Shown here: positions 1 through 13,144 of the stretch, piece by piece
How the letters are laid out: every line of letters starts with the position of its first letter
Numbering within the stretch: the stretch's first letter is position 1
Assembly (NCBI RefSeq): GCF_023055435.1
Contig: NW_025963779.1
Span: forward strand, 10,540,001 to 10,604,000
Source of the DNA: Haliotis rufescens
Lineage: Eukaryota
Reading direction: 5' to 3'
Length of the DNA: 64,000 nucleotides
Made by a program: the position numbers and the translations under genes
The notes under the pieces: model-generated
What the model was told of the DNA's origin: nothing
The model's database searches: none
What the model saw: only the letters and a program-made list of their open reading frames with translations

Positions 1-123
1 TGTAACATGGTGTAAACTATCCACACACAGTCACATACACTATTTTAACCTTTATTTAAACGTCGATAACAAATGTCAAGGCAATTCGGACAGAATATAC
101 TAGTATCGTTTTTTAAGTTCAAA

Positions 124-153
124 CAGAGACCATATATCAGTATACGATCTCTG
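124..153. mobile_element. 30-bp CAGAGA...TCTCTG inverted-repeat remnant with 7-bp TSD (P-element-like footprint)
   Basis: GTTCAAA|CAGAGACCATATATCAGTATACGATCTCTG|GTTCAAA. Confidence 0.7.
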
Positions 154-624
154 GTTCAAATGTCTTCACCACAAATTATTTGAAACTGGTGCTTAATTTA
201 TTATATATCAGGACAATCTGGGTATGGATCAATAATATGTTAGAAATGTCATCAAATGACAATGAAAATACAAGTAACATTGGTTAGTCATACATATGTA
301 GTGGTTAGGCAATCATTATCTTTGGATTTTCCTTGGGCCATGACGTCACAAATTGAGGTCCTATTGATATAATTTCCGTTTATTATTATTTCTTTTCGCA
401 ACAACGGCATCGAAAAAATCCCAGTACACTACAATCACTTTAACTATTGTATAGTAAGGAGGTTATGTATTCCTTTTGTAAACTTTTGTCATTAAATATT
501 TATGTGAACATCACTACATTTAGTGTCATGGCGGCGCCCGGTGATCATGTTTTCTTCCGTATGTCGTCACATTAACTAGCGCTGTAATCGTTGTCATAGG
601 CTCAAAAGACAGGAAAAGAAGAAA

Positions 625-3600
625 ATGTCGAGTAAAGTGAAACTTGTACTCACACACGGCAGGGTGTTTGTCTGGAATGCAGAAGGTAACGTATCGATAT
701 ATATTTACACATGCATTGGAACAGAGGAGGGAGATAGGGTTGTGATAAGAATGACCTCCCCTTACTTAGCAGACGACGTGGGACTATTAATTCTTCATTC
801 TCATGATAGAGCAGGATACTTTTCTAATAATTGGATATGTAAAGGGATCAGGTATAAAATATGTTTATGTTGGGAATAGGGATAAGTTTTATTCCATACT
901 GAAATGCCTCAGGCCCATAGTACAATTCTGTTTTCGGGAGATTTTCTGGTTACAGATCCGTTTAACAGGTCATATTCTAATAACATAGCATGATAAATGA
1001 ACATTGATATATTGTTTTAGAGTATCTTTATCAGTTGTTGACATGATCGATATACATTTTGGTTGAGTGGGATGTACATAAAAAGGCAGATCAATATATT
1101 TTCTTCTTAGATGGTCGTATTTTGGACAAACGAACAGAAAATGAAACTCATCTTCAATCACATTTAAACCACATTGCCCACATATTCTCAATTCTCTGGC
1201 TATGTTTCTATGTCTGCCTACTTCGATCCTAAGTCTATGAGAGCTGCATCTAAATTGAGCTAAACTTATTCTAAACCTTTCAAAATTGATATGAAACAAA
1301 TATTGTTGTGGCGAAATAGTTGTCTTAAAAAGCTTGTAATAATTGCATTTCTCTGAACTTAAAACATGCGATGACCATTTTTGTAAGTTAATATCCTTAA
1401 GTCTTTGGCGTATAGATACTAAAAACGAATCGTGATTGTAGGTACACATTGATTATGCCAAACATACCCATAGCCGCAAAAGGACATTTTTCCATTGCAA
1501 GCAGGATAAGAGAGTACATAAACTTCCAGAATATATTAATGGTAATGTGCTGAAGTAATAATTTACAACAGGATATTGTGCTGGGTACGGCTTCATTTAG
1601 TGGCAAGGTAATGTAATATAGTCCAAGTTTCATGTTATAATGAAACATAGGTTTAACTTATGGTAATTATTAAATTCCTCTTTCAGATGTTCGCATTTTG
1701 CGTGAAGATTATCGCATTGTTGGCACATTGGTTGGATGTCTTCCTCGTGCCCCTCGTCAGAATGTCCATCTTGGACTACCCGTGCAGCTGATGCCTGAAG
1801 AAACTCAACTACTTCTCAGTAAAGGTTGGAGAGATTCATGTATCTCTTGAACAGGAAGTTGTTTACAACATTACATCACACCACTTTTATCAACTATAAT
1901 TGATGAGTGAGGGGATGTTAAGTGGAAACATGACCTTATTGTTGTTTCAAATTATTTACATTTACTTACCACATTAGAAGGATTTTATTTGCTAACCCAA
2001 TTTGCAAAGCTATGTTCCTTAATTAGTGGTACCAGAATCTGATTTTTGTGGGCTCAACTTACATCTTTGCCCTGTTCATGATTTTTAGTTTTTCAGAACC
2101 ATACATGCTCTTTCACCAAAGTTGTAGACTTTTGGGTTTTCCTCCCACATCAACATGATCAAGCTGACATGTAATATAATTGTTAAAAGTTACTTTAAAC
2201 CCAACTCATTCTCTCCATCATGGTGTAACCAGCAGCATATATCACTGATGCTACCATGTATTCCTACCTACCTGCAGGTGTTGTGGAGCTAGTTGATGGT
2301 GGAAGTCTTCCAGAGCCAGATGAGAAGAAAGCCGAAACATTCAGAAATATGCGAACAGAAAATTATGAGGGACAGGTGATCATTTTCAGTTGTTATATTT
2401 TTCCAGTTATTTGCTCAGTGATTACCCAGTTTTGGAAGCATCTGCCTCCTCTTTATCTCATGTCGACTATGCAATAGTTATTGACATAAGAGACTCTCCT
2501 TCCAGGGACTTCCACAGAATGGCCCTTGGGAATTGTCTTAGCATGAGGTAAAAAGACAAAGGTCACAAGGTAGAAATAAAAAGATCTCAAAGAAGTTGGT
2601 ATTAACACTAACATGTCAATAGTTTTTTTTCACTAAGCAGAATAAATACCTTCTCTAAGGCTGGGCCCAGCTTAGAATATTTTTGGCCAAGGTTTGTCAA
2701 AGGTCAAGGTCAGTGTTAGAAAAATGTTTGGAAGGGGGATGTAGAAATGAGCTGTGTCTGTCATGTTTCATTTCAAGAGTAAAACTTGTAAACAGTTTAA
2801 TATATCTTTGTGTACACATCAGGCAAGTTGCTTTTTGCTATTCAGGTATTTTTCATATTTTTCTTTGTGTTTCAACGCCTTGTCCTGACAGCTGCTGACA
2901 TCTACCGATATTGCAATGTTTAAAATATATAAAGGCACACCCATATCAGGCTAGAAAGTTCTTGTATGTTTTTAAGGGACAGAAATTAGTTGGACATCAG
3001 TACTGAAACAAAATAATGCATTATATATTCCAGAAGTAATTAACTCCATCATGCCTGTAAGTATAATTGTCAATCTACAGTCTGTTGTAATATGGTTACA
3101 GATTGAATCCTTCAGACAAGATCGGAAACGGGAAATTTACCGCCACATGAGTAAAATAAAAGAAGGCAAGAAAGCAAAGAAGCAAAAGGTATTGGAGGAG
3201 AGGAGAAAAGCAGGGGAGAAAATAGCGCAGGAAGAAGAAACAGAGGAAGAGTTTAATGTGGAGCAGATTTCAATTCCTGCCATAGCAGAGGACAACTCCA
3301 TGGTTCAGATTTTCACTGGTAACAACAAATTCATGTACATTCTTTGGCAAAAAGTGTTGTCTATGTTTGCAAGTAAAATGATGGGTCAGTTTGGCTTATA
3401 GTTGCAAGTGAAATGATGGGTTGGATAAGCTAATGGAATGAGTGAGTTGAGTGAGAAAGGTTTTACACCACTTTTAGCAATATGTCAGTTATATCATGGT
3501 GAGAGACTGGACATGGGGTTCACTCATTGTACCCACCAATACCAGCTTTTTTGTGTGACGAGTAAACACTTTCACCACTAGGTTTCCACACTGTTACTTT

Positions 3601-5288
3601 ACTTACCTGAAACAGAAGTAATTTAGTGGTGGCCAGACCCTGTTTGGTCCTCTGACTGTAGCAGTTATGTCTAAGCTTGTGCATATTGATCAAGCTGAGT
3701 GAATGTCTAATGTGGATATTTGTTGTCCAAAGGCAATTTATCATACTCTGATAACTATGTAATGTACTTGTCGGTGAGATAGCCTCATCTATCTGTGAAA
3801 TTATCCCCTATGTCTATACTAGGAATGCTGTGGGGACCAGGTTTGAATAGGTCCCCTTCACTCCATTGCTTGCTTTAAGGTGATTTTTTCGGATCGGGTG
3901 GTCAGGCTCCATGCGAATTGCATGGTGGGTGGCACTGGTTTGAGGACCAGACTATTTGAAGGCTGCTTGTGATATAGCTGGAGTATTGAAGAGTTGAGGC
4001 CAAAACAGTATTCACTCACTGATTGATTTTTGTTTGTTTTGTTTGTTGTTTAACGTTGCACTCAGCAATATTCCAGCTTTATGACAGAGGTCTGTAAATA
4101 ATTAAATCTGCACCAGACAATCCAGTGATTGACTTCATGAGCATCGATCCATGCAAATTGATACAATGACATGCATCAACCAAGTCAGCGAGTTTGACAA
4201 CCCGATCCCGTTTGTCGCCTCTTACGACAATCATAATCGCTTTTTACGACAAGAATTGGTTGCTGAAGACCTTTTTTCCCTGGATTTTCATGGGTCTCAC
4301 TGACTGATAATGGAGTGGTTGTGTCAATATGTATTTTTAAAATGACATTACATTAGACTGCAATGACATCTTTTTTGATAATGATGTCATCATTTGTTGC
4401 CTTGCAACATTAAGATTTAGGTTTGGAGAATTAATAGAAGAAACAGTTTTCCGTAACATTTTACTGAAATAGAGAAGATATGAACACCAGGAAAGGGGTT
4501 AACAAATTATGCATGTTGATGTTAAAGTGTTGATTCACTTCTGTGAGTGCATGTTTATGTGTATTTTGTAGAGAGTCCGTGGCAAGATGTGCTCCAGCCA
4601 GTGACAGATGAATGGAAGTATCCCCAGTCAGAGCATGAACGCCTCCGAAGTCAGGTGTTCTCACACCTGTGGGGCAGAGGCTACTACATGACTGGGGGAG
4701 GGAAGTTTGGAGGAGACTTCCTTGTATACCCAGGTCAGCAAATTACATAATCAAATATGAAAAAATGTGGATTTTCAATTATTTTTACCATATTTTTACT
4801 GTTCATCATTCTTCTCTGTTCTTGTCAAGTCGGTAAACATATTTCAGTATGAACAATTCAAGTAGGGCAATTCAGGGAGAAGTAACTCTATGACTTGTCA
4901 TAATTTCATTTATTTTTCAGATCAATTAAAAACATGTTTATAAAATATTCTTTTTTATTTCCATCACCAATAAAAAGTAGTAAACCTTAACTTATCTTTT
5001 TGTTCATAGTTTGATCAGTTTGATTAAGAAAATCTTGGAAATTAAAACATATCATCACTACGAATATTTAGCATCAAGCTCTTCCTAATATTGATTCCAG
5101 GTGACCCATCACGCTTCCATTCATTCTACATCGCTATCTGCAAGCTCCACCAAGTGAAGCTAACTGCTTTGGATATCATATCCATGGGTCGACTGGGATC
5201 TAATGTCAAGAAGACTGTTCTACTTTGCTCTATAGACAGTGAGGATAAAGTTGTGTGTACATCACTGCAGTGGACCGGCATCAGTTGA
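625..5288 (+). CDS. TSEN34: tRNA-splicing endonuclease subunit Sen34 (287 aa, 6 coding exons)
   Basis: join(625..685,1687..1824,2278..2375,3102..3318,4572..4733,5101..5288) = 864 nt, all GT-AG and in frame. Contains LREDYRIVGTLVGCLPRAPRQN..LGLP and the catalytic region GGKFGGDFLVYPGDPSRFHS...GRLGSNVKKT (Tyr/His/Lys triad). Confidence 0.95.
970..1449 (-). mobile_element. Non-LTR retrotransposon 3' fragment (C-terminal Cys/His knuckle, RTE-X-like) in TSEN34 intron 1
   Basis: ORF has FRCSSHRLRIEVGRH...RICGQC...EDEFHFLFVCPKY, the typical C-terminus of a LINE ORF2. No RT core is present, so it is 5'-truncated. Clade assignment is inference. Confidence 0.8.
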
Positions 5289-8200
5289 TCACCTGTGTCC
5301 TGTGTTAGTGGGATGAAGATTGTCTTCAGTAGTCATTCCTGGATGCCTTGACTGACACGATTTCCTGAACATATGAAATATTAGTCACTGTCTGTGTATT
5401 TTCACCAAAGTTGTGATACAATATGTCCACATGGGTGCCAGTATATTAAATACAGTGATAGATGAAGATCTGGGGTAGAATAGGTCTTCAGCTTCCCATA
5501 CTTGCCGTAATGGGTGACAATGCTTGTCGTAGGAGGTGAATAACAAATTTGGGTGGTCAGGCATCGTATCCCAATTGCGTGGATGGATGGTCATGATGTC
5601 AATCACTGGATTGTCTGGTCCAGACTTGATTATTTACAGACCGCCATCATATGGCCGTAGCTGGAATATTGCTGAGTGCAACATTAAACAACAAACAAAC
5701 AAGTACAAACCCTGACTTAAATAAGGTTGCTGTAGAAATGTTCGATCAATCCCCAAAACTAACTTGTAATTGTAATAAGAGAAACAATTTACTGCTACAA
5801 GATACATACAACTTTCAGTAGTACTTATATTGACATATGATATGTCATATTTATATTGATTTCTAATTATCTCCTCCTGATATCCCTTGAACAGAACAGG
5901 TAAAATTGCTAAAACAAAATACCCAATTTCCCACAGACATGTTGAAAAAGATTTGGTGGTGAATAAAATATTTATATCCATTTCAACCAATTTGTTCATA
6001 TTTTGTAGAGTGTGGCTGATTGGTCTAAGATATTTAAACTAGTTATATTGACACTACCAAGCTGACTTGTTCATTTCCCAATGAACGTCAGTATGTCATG
6101 TGATTATGTTGTCAATCTAGCAGAGACATACAGAACTACTTTAGAGGAATTGCTCAATGTCTAAAAATAACATTAAAAATCATTGGGGAAAACTAAGAGC
6201 GACATCGATTCAGACAGATCATGTATATGTCGGGTCACCGAAATGAAGCGTCCATTTGAAGCTGTAACAGAAATAGAAAGCACTGGGCTCCACACTGTCG
6301 TGTATTGCTTCAGGAAATCCTAAAGCAGTAATCCCCGTCATCAGCAGCCGTAGTATGACTCAAACACACACCCAAAGTTCACAGAACGTTAATATTAATC
6401 CATTTTCAGCATCAGCCGGGTCTGGATTTCTTTTCAAGTCTTTACTGGGTTCAACTTTTATTTCAAGTGAATGACATTGCCGTAGCCGCCATTTTCTGCC
6501 GTTTGTAAAACCAAGGGATGTCACTCAAAATGGAATGTTTGGGACAGATAACATCACGACCCACCGTGTTGATAAAGTTCGCTTTAAATAATTAAAATTG
6601 GATTGTTTTGTTATAATTTATGTAACTGTCAATATAAGGATTGAAGTTGTATTTGAAGACGTTCATCAGCTGATGAATACAGTGCCTCACGTGAGCAAAT
6701 TTGCCATGAAGCTGTCAGATGAACAAATACAACTTTAATCCTTCAGTGTACAGATGCATCCCTCATCTGTGACAGTGACTTGCCACATGCCAGGTCCACA
6801 CTCAAGGGGTTCACAAAGTTGTACAAGTAAAGGTCAATGCAATACATCACTTCAGCCTTTCCTTCCACTTAATACTGACACATGATGGTATATCAAAGAT
6901 ACAAGCAAAACACATCCCCCATTTAATCGGTCTGGAAAAGCATTGTTTCACATCAGAATATATTGCAATGTTCCATTTCAAAAGTTCAATGTCGGATGAA
7001 AAGCTTAACTCCTGAAGTTTTGAGATATAGCCTGAGAAATCAGGTAAGTTGATTTTGTCAGATGGAAAACTTGCACCCCACCCCACCCCTAAACTTAAGG
7101 GATTAAGATTTTTTTATCCACACGATCGCTAACAGCTGCTGATAAGGGAGGGGATACAGCTTGTAATGTACTTGGTATCACAAAGGCAATATGTGTCAAT
7201 GCATTGTTTCACTTTTTTCACTAGATTTGTATTTGCTTTGTTGTCGGTAGGGGACTTTCAGAAAGTTTTTCAAAACATTGTTCTGTCATTACATTAGATT
7301 TTCCACCTTGACATGGCAAAGGACAGACTCAAAAGTATGGATTGTTTTGTTTTTTGTTCAGATCAACATTCATTTAATAGCGACCACTTTATGCTAGCCT
7401 TGGCGAAGCTGTTGGAGTGGGACAGGAATTATAGAATTTAAAATACCTGGTACGCACAATACATACCGCTGTTTTTCACCCCCAAAGAAGAAAGTAAGAG
7501 ATTTATTTCTATGTCGAGAAATATCAGCTTTGTTATCAGGGAATGAAACCATGCCTTAACTGTTGGACTGTTATCCATTAAATTATACATCAATGTGTCG
7601 CACGTTTGACACTTTGAACAATATTGTCCTTATATCAGAGGTTGGAGGTGGAAAGCCTGAGGTGATGCAGGCGACATTTACAACAATTCAGACTTTGGCT
7701 AAATACACAAATATGGATATGGCGTTGACAAACCTAGAAGCATGATAGGACAAATCTGGTACTCAAACCCACAATCATGTTTCTGGCAGGCCTGAGGGAT
7801 GCATCCCTGCACAGGAAGTATTTGCGAATTAAAGAGGCCACTAGTTTTCCAGCAATGCATGACCTAATGTAAAAGATATACTCAGTCAATGAACATTTGG
7901 TGAATGAAACTTGGCCTGATTTGCTTTTGGATTTCCTTTGGGTTTTGTCAAGGTGAGACATGATAGCAAATAGTTATGAAAGTTTGCTTACTTATACATT
8001 AAGCAGAGATAGACACAGCCATTAGTCTTGTTAGTCCGAGACTAGTAACAAATCCAGAGGGACCAGTTTTACATAAGCCTCAAGTCCAAATTCAGATGTA
8101 TCTGATTTGACCAAGTGTCTACCTGTTTAAGGCTTTTTGATCCCTCCTTCATTAACAAATGATGGCAAAACCATATTAGTTTTATAACAGTTTATTTGTT

Positions 8201-9139
8201 TCAACACTTGGCATTCACTAACAATGACAATGAATAGCCTCTTCATGAACTTGCCATGCAAAAATGTATTCACATCTTCCTAGACCACTTGTTATGGTCC
8301 TGTCACATGCCAAGTTCATGAAGAAGAGATAAAACATTCACAAGGTTGATTCATACTCCATAAAAATGTCCCATTTTTTCCCGTCCACAATTCTATATTA
8401 AAATAAGCTATTTCAATCAAAATAATCAGGTATTCATTAAAAATGTCATTCCAATCAACCCTGTCAAGCATGTCCATTTATTGTAAATTTCACATTTACA
8501 AATGAATAAAACAATGTCTCTTAATCAAGCAGGACATGCACATATGTCTTGTTCACAATCATGAAACATATGTACAAGAGTGAACAAAGACTCATTCATA
8601 CCAATCTCATTCACACACTAAAATTCTTTGGTTTTGAAAGACTCTTTTGGCGAGAAAATAAATACTTGTGGTATGGCAGTACAAGATAATTTCAGGATGG
8701 ATTTCTATACTGATTCATTTGATTCCATAAATTAATATAGGATTGATGTGTAGGTCATTATGTAATGATCTGAATGAGCTACATGTGTATTTAACAAAAT
8801 ACTGTATGTTCCGTGGAGGAATGTCTTTTGATATGATATGCATCGCTGAGATCATTTCATATATGCAACAATTGTTCTGTAAAAAGAACCTAGTATCAAA
8901 TCTTTGAGATTCACATCCTGAGTTATTGCTGTAGTTGTCACAGATGTGTTTGCGTCATTGTCACCTCAAGAATACTGTGGTTAATTTGTTGATGCCAGCA
9001 CCATGTCATTATGAACACATTAACCGTATTGCACTTCCGTCAGTCTGTTGGTCAGCTCAAGCTGCATCTACAGTATGGATGGATTAGCTTTGTCCAGCAA
9101 AGCTGCTGTGGGGGTGAAGGTTTCTTTTTGCATTAACTG

Positions 9140-12100
9140 CTATAACCTTCGAAGATTTTTCTTGCTCTTCTTTGAGCCTACCGAGTCCAGTTTGGATTTC
9201 TTGAGTGCCACTGGCACACAGTTCCGAGCTCCATGGTGCTCACAGAAACACTTCACACAGAAATCAAATTTACATTTGTCGTTCATACACACACCACGAT
9301 CACAATGTGTTTTGGCTGCTGAATTACACCTTGGACAGTGTCGTAATGTGTCGTCGCTTTTCAGAGAAGAAACAACCTGAAATCAGATGTTTGACACTTA
9401 GTACTTTCAAGTAATACATCAAATTCATTTCAGTTGACATGGTTGAAAAACACTTAATACAAAAGGTTTGTTGGAGCACTACATTATTTAATTCTAGATG
9501 CATTAAACCTGTGTTAGAAATTGGGACTAGCCCTTTAATCCGTGCGAAACTGCCCAATAGTCAAGGTATCATGAGGACTAATAGAAATTTGCCCCATTTA
9601 ATAAGTGTTTTTCTATATGTTATAAGGACCAGTGGACTAAAAATATTAGTTTCTAAAGCTTATTAAACTATTCTAAACTCCTACCACTAGTGCTTATCAT
9701 CGTTACTTCAGAATGTTCTTGTTTACTACCAGTGGTCTTGTGCAATGTATTGTATATGTACATACCTGAGCATGCTGAGTAAACAGGTTGACAACTTGCA
9801 TCTTCTTTGGTGATCGAGGTGTGTGTTGAACTGATGTCAGGAGTCCTCCTGGTGTTAGGCGTCGGTGTCGCAGCTTTGATTTTCCGAGATTCTCCTGCAA
9901 AACATGATACAGAACTTTTAGAATTGATTACAAGTTACAACGATACTGTGTTCATGATAATGATGGGAACATGCATATGAAGTTGTAAATTTCACATTCA
10001 AGTATAGCCTGCTTCAGTGACAGGTCAATGGTGGCATCAAGAGTTTAACAGCAGTACATGTTAAGGTGGTGAAGCCTACCTTTCCAACAGAGGCAGCTCT
10101 TGACTTGAGAGATTTGATGTACTTGTGACGTCTAGCACTAGCTCGGGTATCTGTGTCACAAATAGACTTCCACTGCCGGGATACAGCTCTCATCCTGCAC
10201 AAAACATGACAAATTTATGAAATAGGTAATGCTTTCAACATACAAGGGAGTATATTAGATGCTGTATGTCCAAATACTGAGTGAATTGTGATTGTGTATG
10301 TGATCAACAGCAACATACTTTTTATGAATTATGTAGTTCATGATAAAAGTTGATAAACAGAACCAATAGTGAAGGAAGATACATCGAAACTAGTGATTTA
10401 CTGCACAGTTAAACTGGTGTCATTGATTTCAAATAGTTTGAACATTCCTGACAAACATACCTGCACAATACTTTTGGTTCCAGGTATGAAAGTACAAGAG
10501 ACACTCCTTCAATGCTCCTTGAATGCATTTCTGTCAAAATATCAACCCTCTCCAGTCCCACCTTCCTCCCAATAAGACGGTCAGGTTCTTTAGGGGAGAA
10601 GTGTTTGATGACATCATGTATGCCAACCGAATCCAACCTGTCCGCTAAACCAGATGCACCAAAACTGGAGTCAAGGTCACCAGACTCAAATTCCAAACTG
10701 TATCTTGGAAAGTCAGAAAGACGTTTATGCCGCTTCTCAAACACTTCTTCCTCTTCTGGAATTTCCCAGTCATGTTCAAGGGAGGTTGAACAGGCACAAT
10801 CAATTTCACATATATCGTCACATTTTGAGTTATGTAATGGATAGGCTTTATCCTCTGGTAAGTCACAGTCTGTTGAAACCATGGGTGTGGTTTCAAGAAA
10901 AGTAGAGTCATTTAAAAGGTCTGTTGATGTCATAGTATCCACAAGAGAATCAGGATAACCACTGTCATTACCAGGTGAATACAAGCTCAAAGGAGAGAGT
11001 GATTTTGATGCCATTGGAGTACTCGTGCTAATCGAGCGACTCTTGATTGCATCGGTAAAGTCATTTGAACAGTCCATTTTGCTGAAGTGAAGAGCAGGCA
11101 TTGACACCTTCCGAGATCTCTGGTAGCCTGTACCTGCCATCTGAAGTAAATTAAAAATTGTTTCTTTATTATCAAATACATTTAACAGCATTGTATCAAG
11201 AACTTATTTCATTTTTGTTTTAAATAGATGGGTGCTACATATACTATTAATAGAAAAAACATGTAAAGTTAACATGTATAGATCTACACACTATTAAACT
11301 GAAATTTTACATGTCACATTATTATTGCCCAATATTGGGTCAGTATGCTGTTTACAAGTAAAAAGTTAATTTAAAAAATACAATCTAACCAATGCTGTTT
11401 TGGTAATGACTGGTCACAATCTCTTTTTTCAATATATCAGGTAGATGTATTTTTTTCACACTGCATCAGTAACAGGTTTTTTTTAAACACCCTTGAAGTT
11501 AACCAGTATTGGTTTCTCACCACACTTGGGGTGACTGGTCACACACCTGTAGGTAACACACCTGTAGGTTCAGGGGCCATGTGTTGTCTTGTGCCAATAG
11601 GCTATTACATCATGCATTTGCATTTTCCTGCCTTTCGTGCTAGTATGATTTTTGGTGGATATATTCTCATGGGCACCTTCTAATGTGATATTCATTCGAA
11701 CAATCTACTTAACTTTGGACCTACAATAAATCAAGGCCAGTTTTGATATTTAGCGTCTAGGCTAAAGCATATCTTCTAAGCATTCATCGATAGATGATAA
11801 AATGCATGGTTCAGAACCCGACATTTAATTTCAAATATTGTTACACAAATTATTTCATATTATGTTTCGGTTACATCGGACATCTTAACATAGTTGTACT
11901 ACACTAGGCCTTTTGAACGAAAAATATCCTGAGATGACGCTTGTGAATCTTTTGACCCCCGCCCACCCCGCATTGTCCATTTTGGGGCGCGCCTTTCAAA
12001 CAGCCATGAAATCCATTTGGCTAAATTTACACGTACGATATGAGTATTTTATGAGTAATCCGGTAGTAAATATTGTTTGTAAATCAGATATACACGATTT

Positions 12101-12198
12101 AACACTGTATTTGTTTCAAGTGGTCAAGATTGATGGGAAACCAGAACGCTCGTGCTTGTTCAAGCCAAGCGGGAATGACTCCGCGCTGTACTCACCAT
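9140..12198 (-). CDS. FBXO43: Emi1/Emi2-family APC/C inhibitor, F-box + ZBR (FBXO43/FBXO5-like, ~387 aa)
   Basis: complement(join(9140..9376,9766..9894,10080..10194,10461..11140,12196..12198)) = 1164 nt. Features: DSGYPDS degron; LIGRKVGLERVDIL followed by an F-box (LSYLEPKVLCRMRAVSRQWKSIC); ZBR CPRC...CMNDKCKFDFCVKCFCEHH; C-terminal SKKNLRRL tail. The ATG-only first exon is less certain; 11140 is an alternative start. Probably co-orthologous to FBXO5 and FBXO43. Confidence 0.88.
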
Positions 12199-12530
12199 GT
12201 CGTGGGGAAATATCCGTTTGTAGAGTCTTATCTTATTAGAATTGGTATAAAATGAGTTCAGATGATCAACAACATTTGATAAGTGCCGTTGAAAAGTAAT
12301 ATCATTGCTCGCATAGTGATCTTGGAGAAATATTTTTGCAACGTACACCAAGAACAGCACCCATAGATTGAAGACGTTCAAATCGTTCGCCAAAGTACAC
12401 GCGACCAATCAAATCGCTAGAATTCGCAATTGTTTATCTCGCGAGATACACAACTTACAACGCGATTTGACGAGACCCCCACTGGCGTTCGTCTTTCCGG
12501 TGTAAACAAGAGCACGTGAAATTCAAAGTA
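12199..12530. promoter_or_regulatory. Bidirectional promoter region between FBXO43-like and POLR2K
   Basis: CpG-enriched relative to flanks. TTCAAA (CHR-like, 12377-12382), CCAAT (12405-12409) and ETS-like TTTCCGG (~12494). A probable non-coding POLR2K exon ends at aaa|gtagga (~12527). Confidence 0.5.
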
Positions 12531-13144
12531 GGAGTGCACATTTTTGTAGTTTTGTTCGGTGAAATTGTAAAAGTAAACAGGGATTATTATAGAATGAAGT
12601 TAAATGTTCTCCTCGCGAAAGTTTATATCATGTCACTGTATATCACATATTCGATTCACCCCGTTTAGTTGTGAAATTGTCCGTATTTCGCGCATTATCC
12701 TTTGAACGGAAATAAAAGATTGTCATGTTCATTATAGTAGTGAAGTTATATATTATAGGTCATCTTAATATACATTGGTAGTAGCGAATATATCGTAAGA
12801 CTGGTTTGTGTTAGATTTTTTCTAATGTAGTTGCCATAGATAGATCATTGTATAGATATATGATTAGTCGTCACTCTTCCTCAACTATTCGACACAAAAA
12901 TAATAGTGTCCGTATCCTGGCTTTATGTCGATGATCTGTAATATTTGTTTATCACTCCTGATAGATATCAGTAGTGATAGTATCACTTAACAACATATAT
13001 GTATATGAACACATTTTATTTAGGATTATCAGCGGAATATTGTCCAGCGTATATACCGTATCTATATAGTTCTTTTAGTCGCCAGAATGCTTGGTTGTTA
13101 TGTATTTTATCTGAATTATTGTACCATTACAGAAAAGCTATATA

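Noticed and set aside
8190-9139. CPE-like motifs in the FBXO43-like 3' UTR
   Set aside because: TTTTAT/TTTTAAT are expected by chance at this AT content; cannot be supported without conservation data.
12835-12862. Possible third P-like footprint (CATAGATAG...GATATATG) near the POLR2K promoter
   Set aside because: Arms are imperfect and there is no flanking direct repeat.
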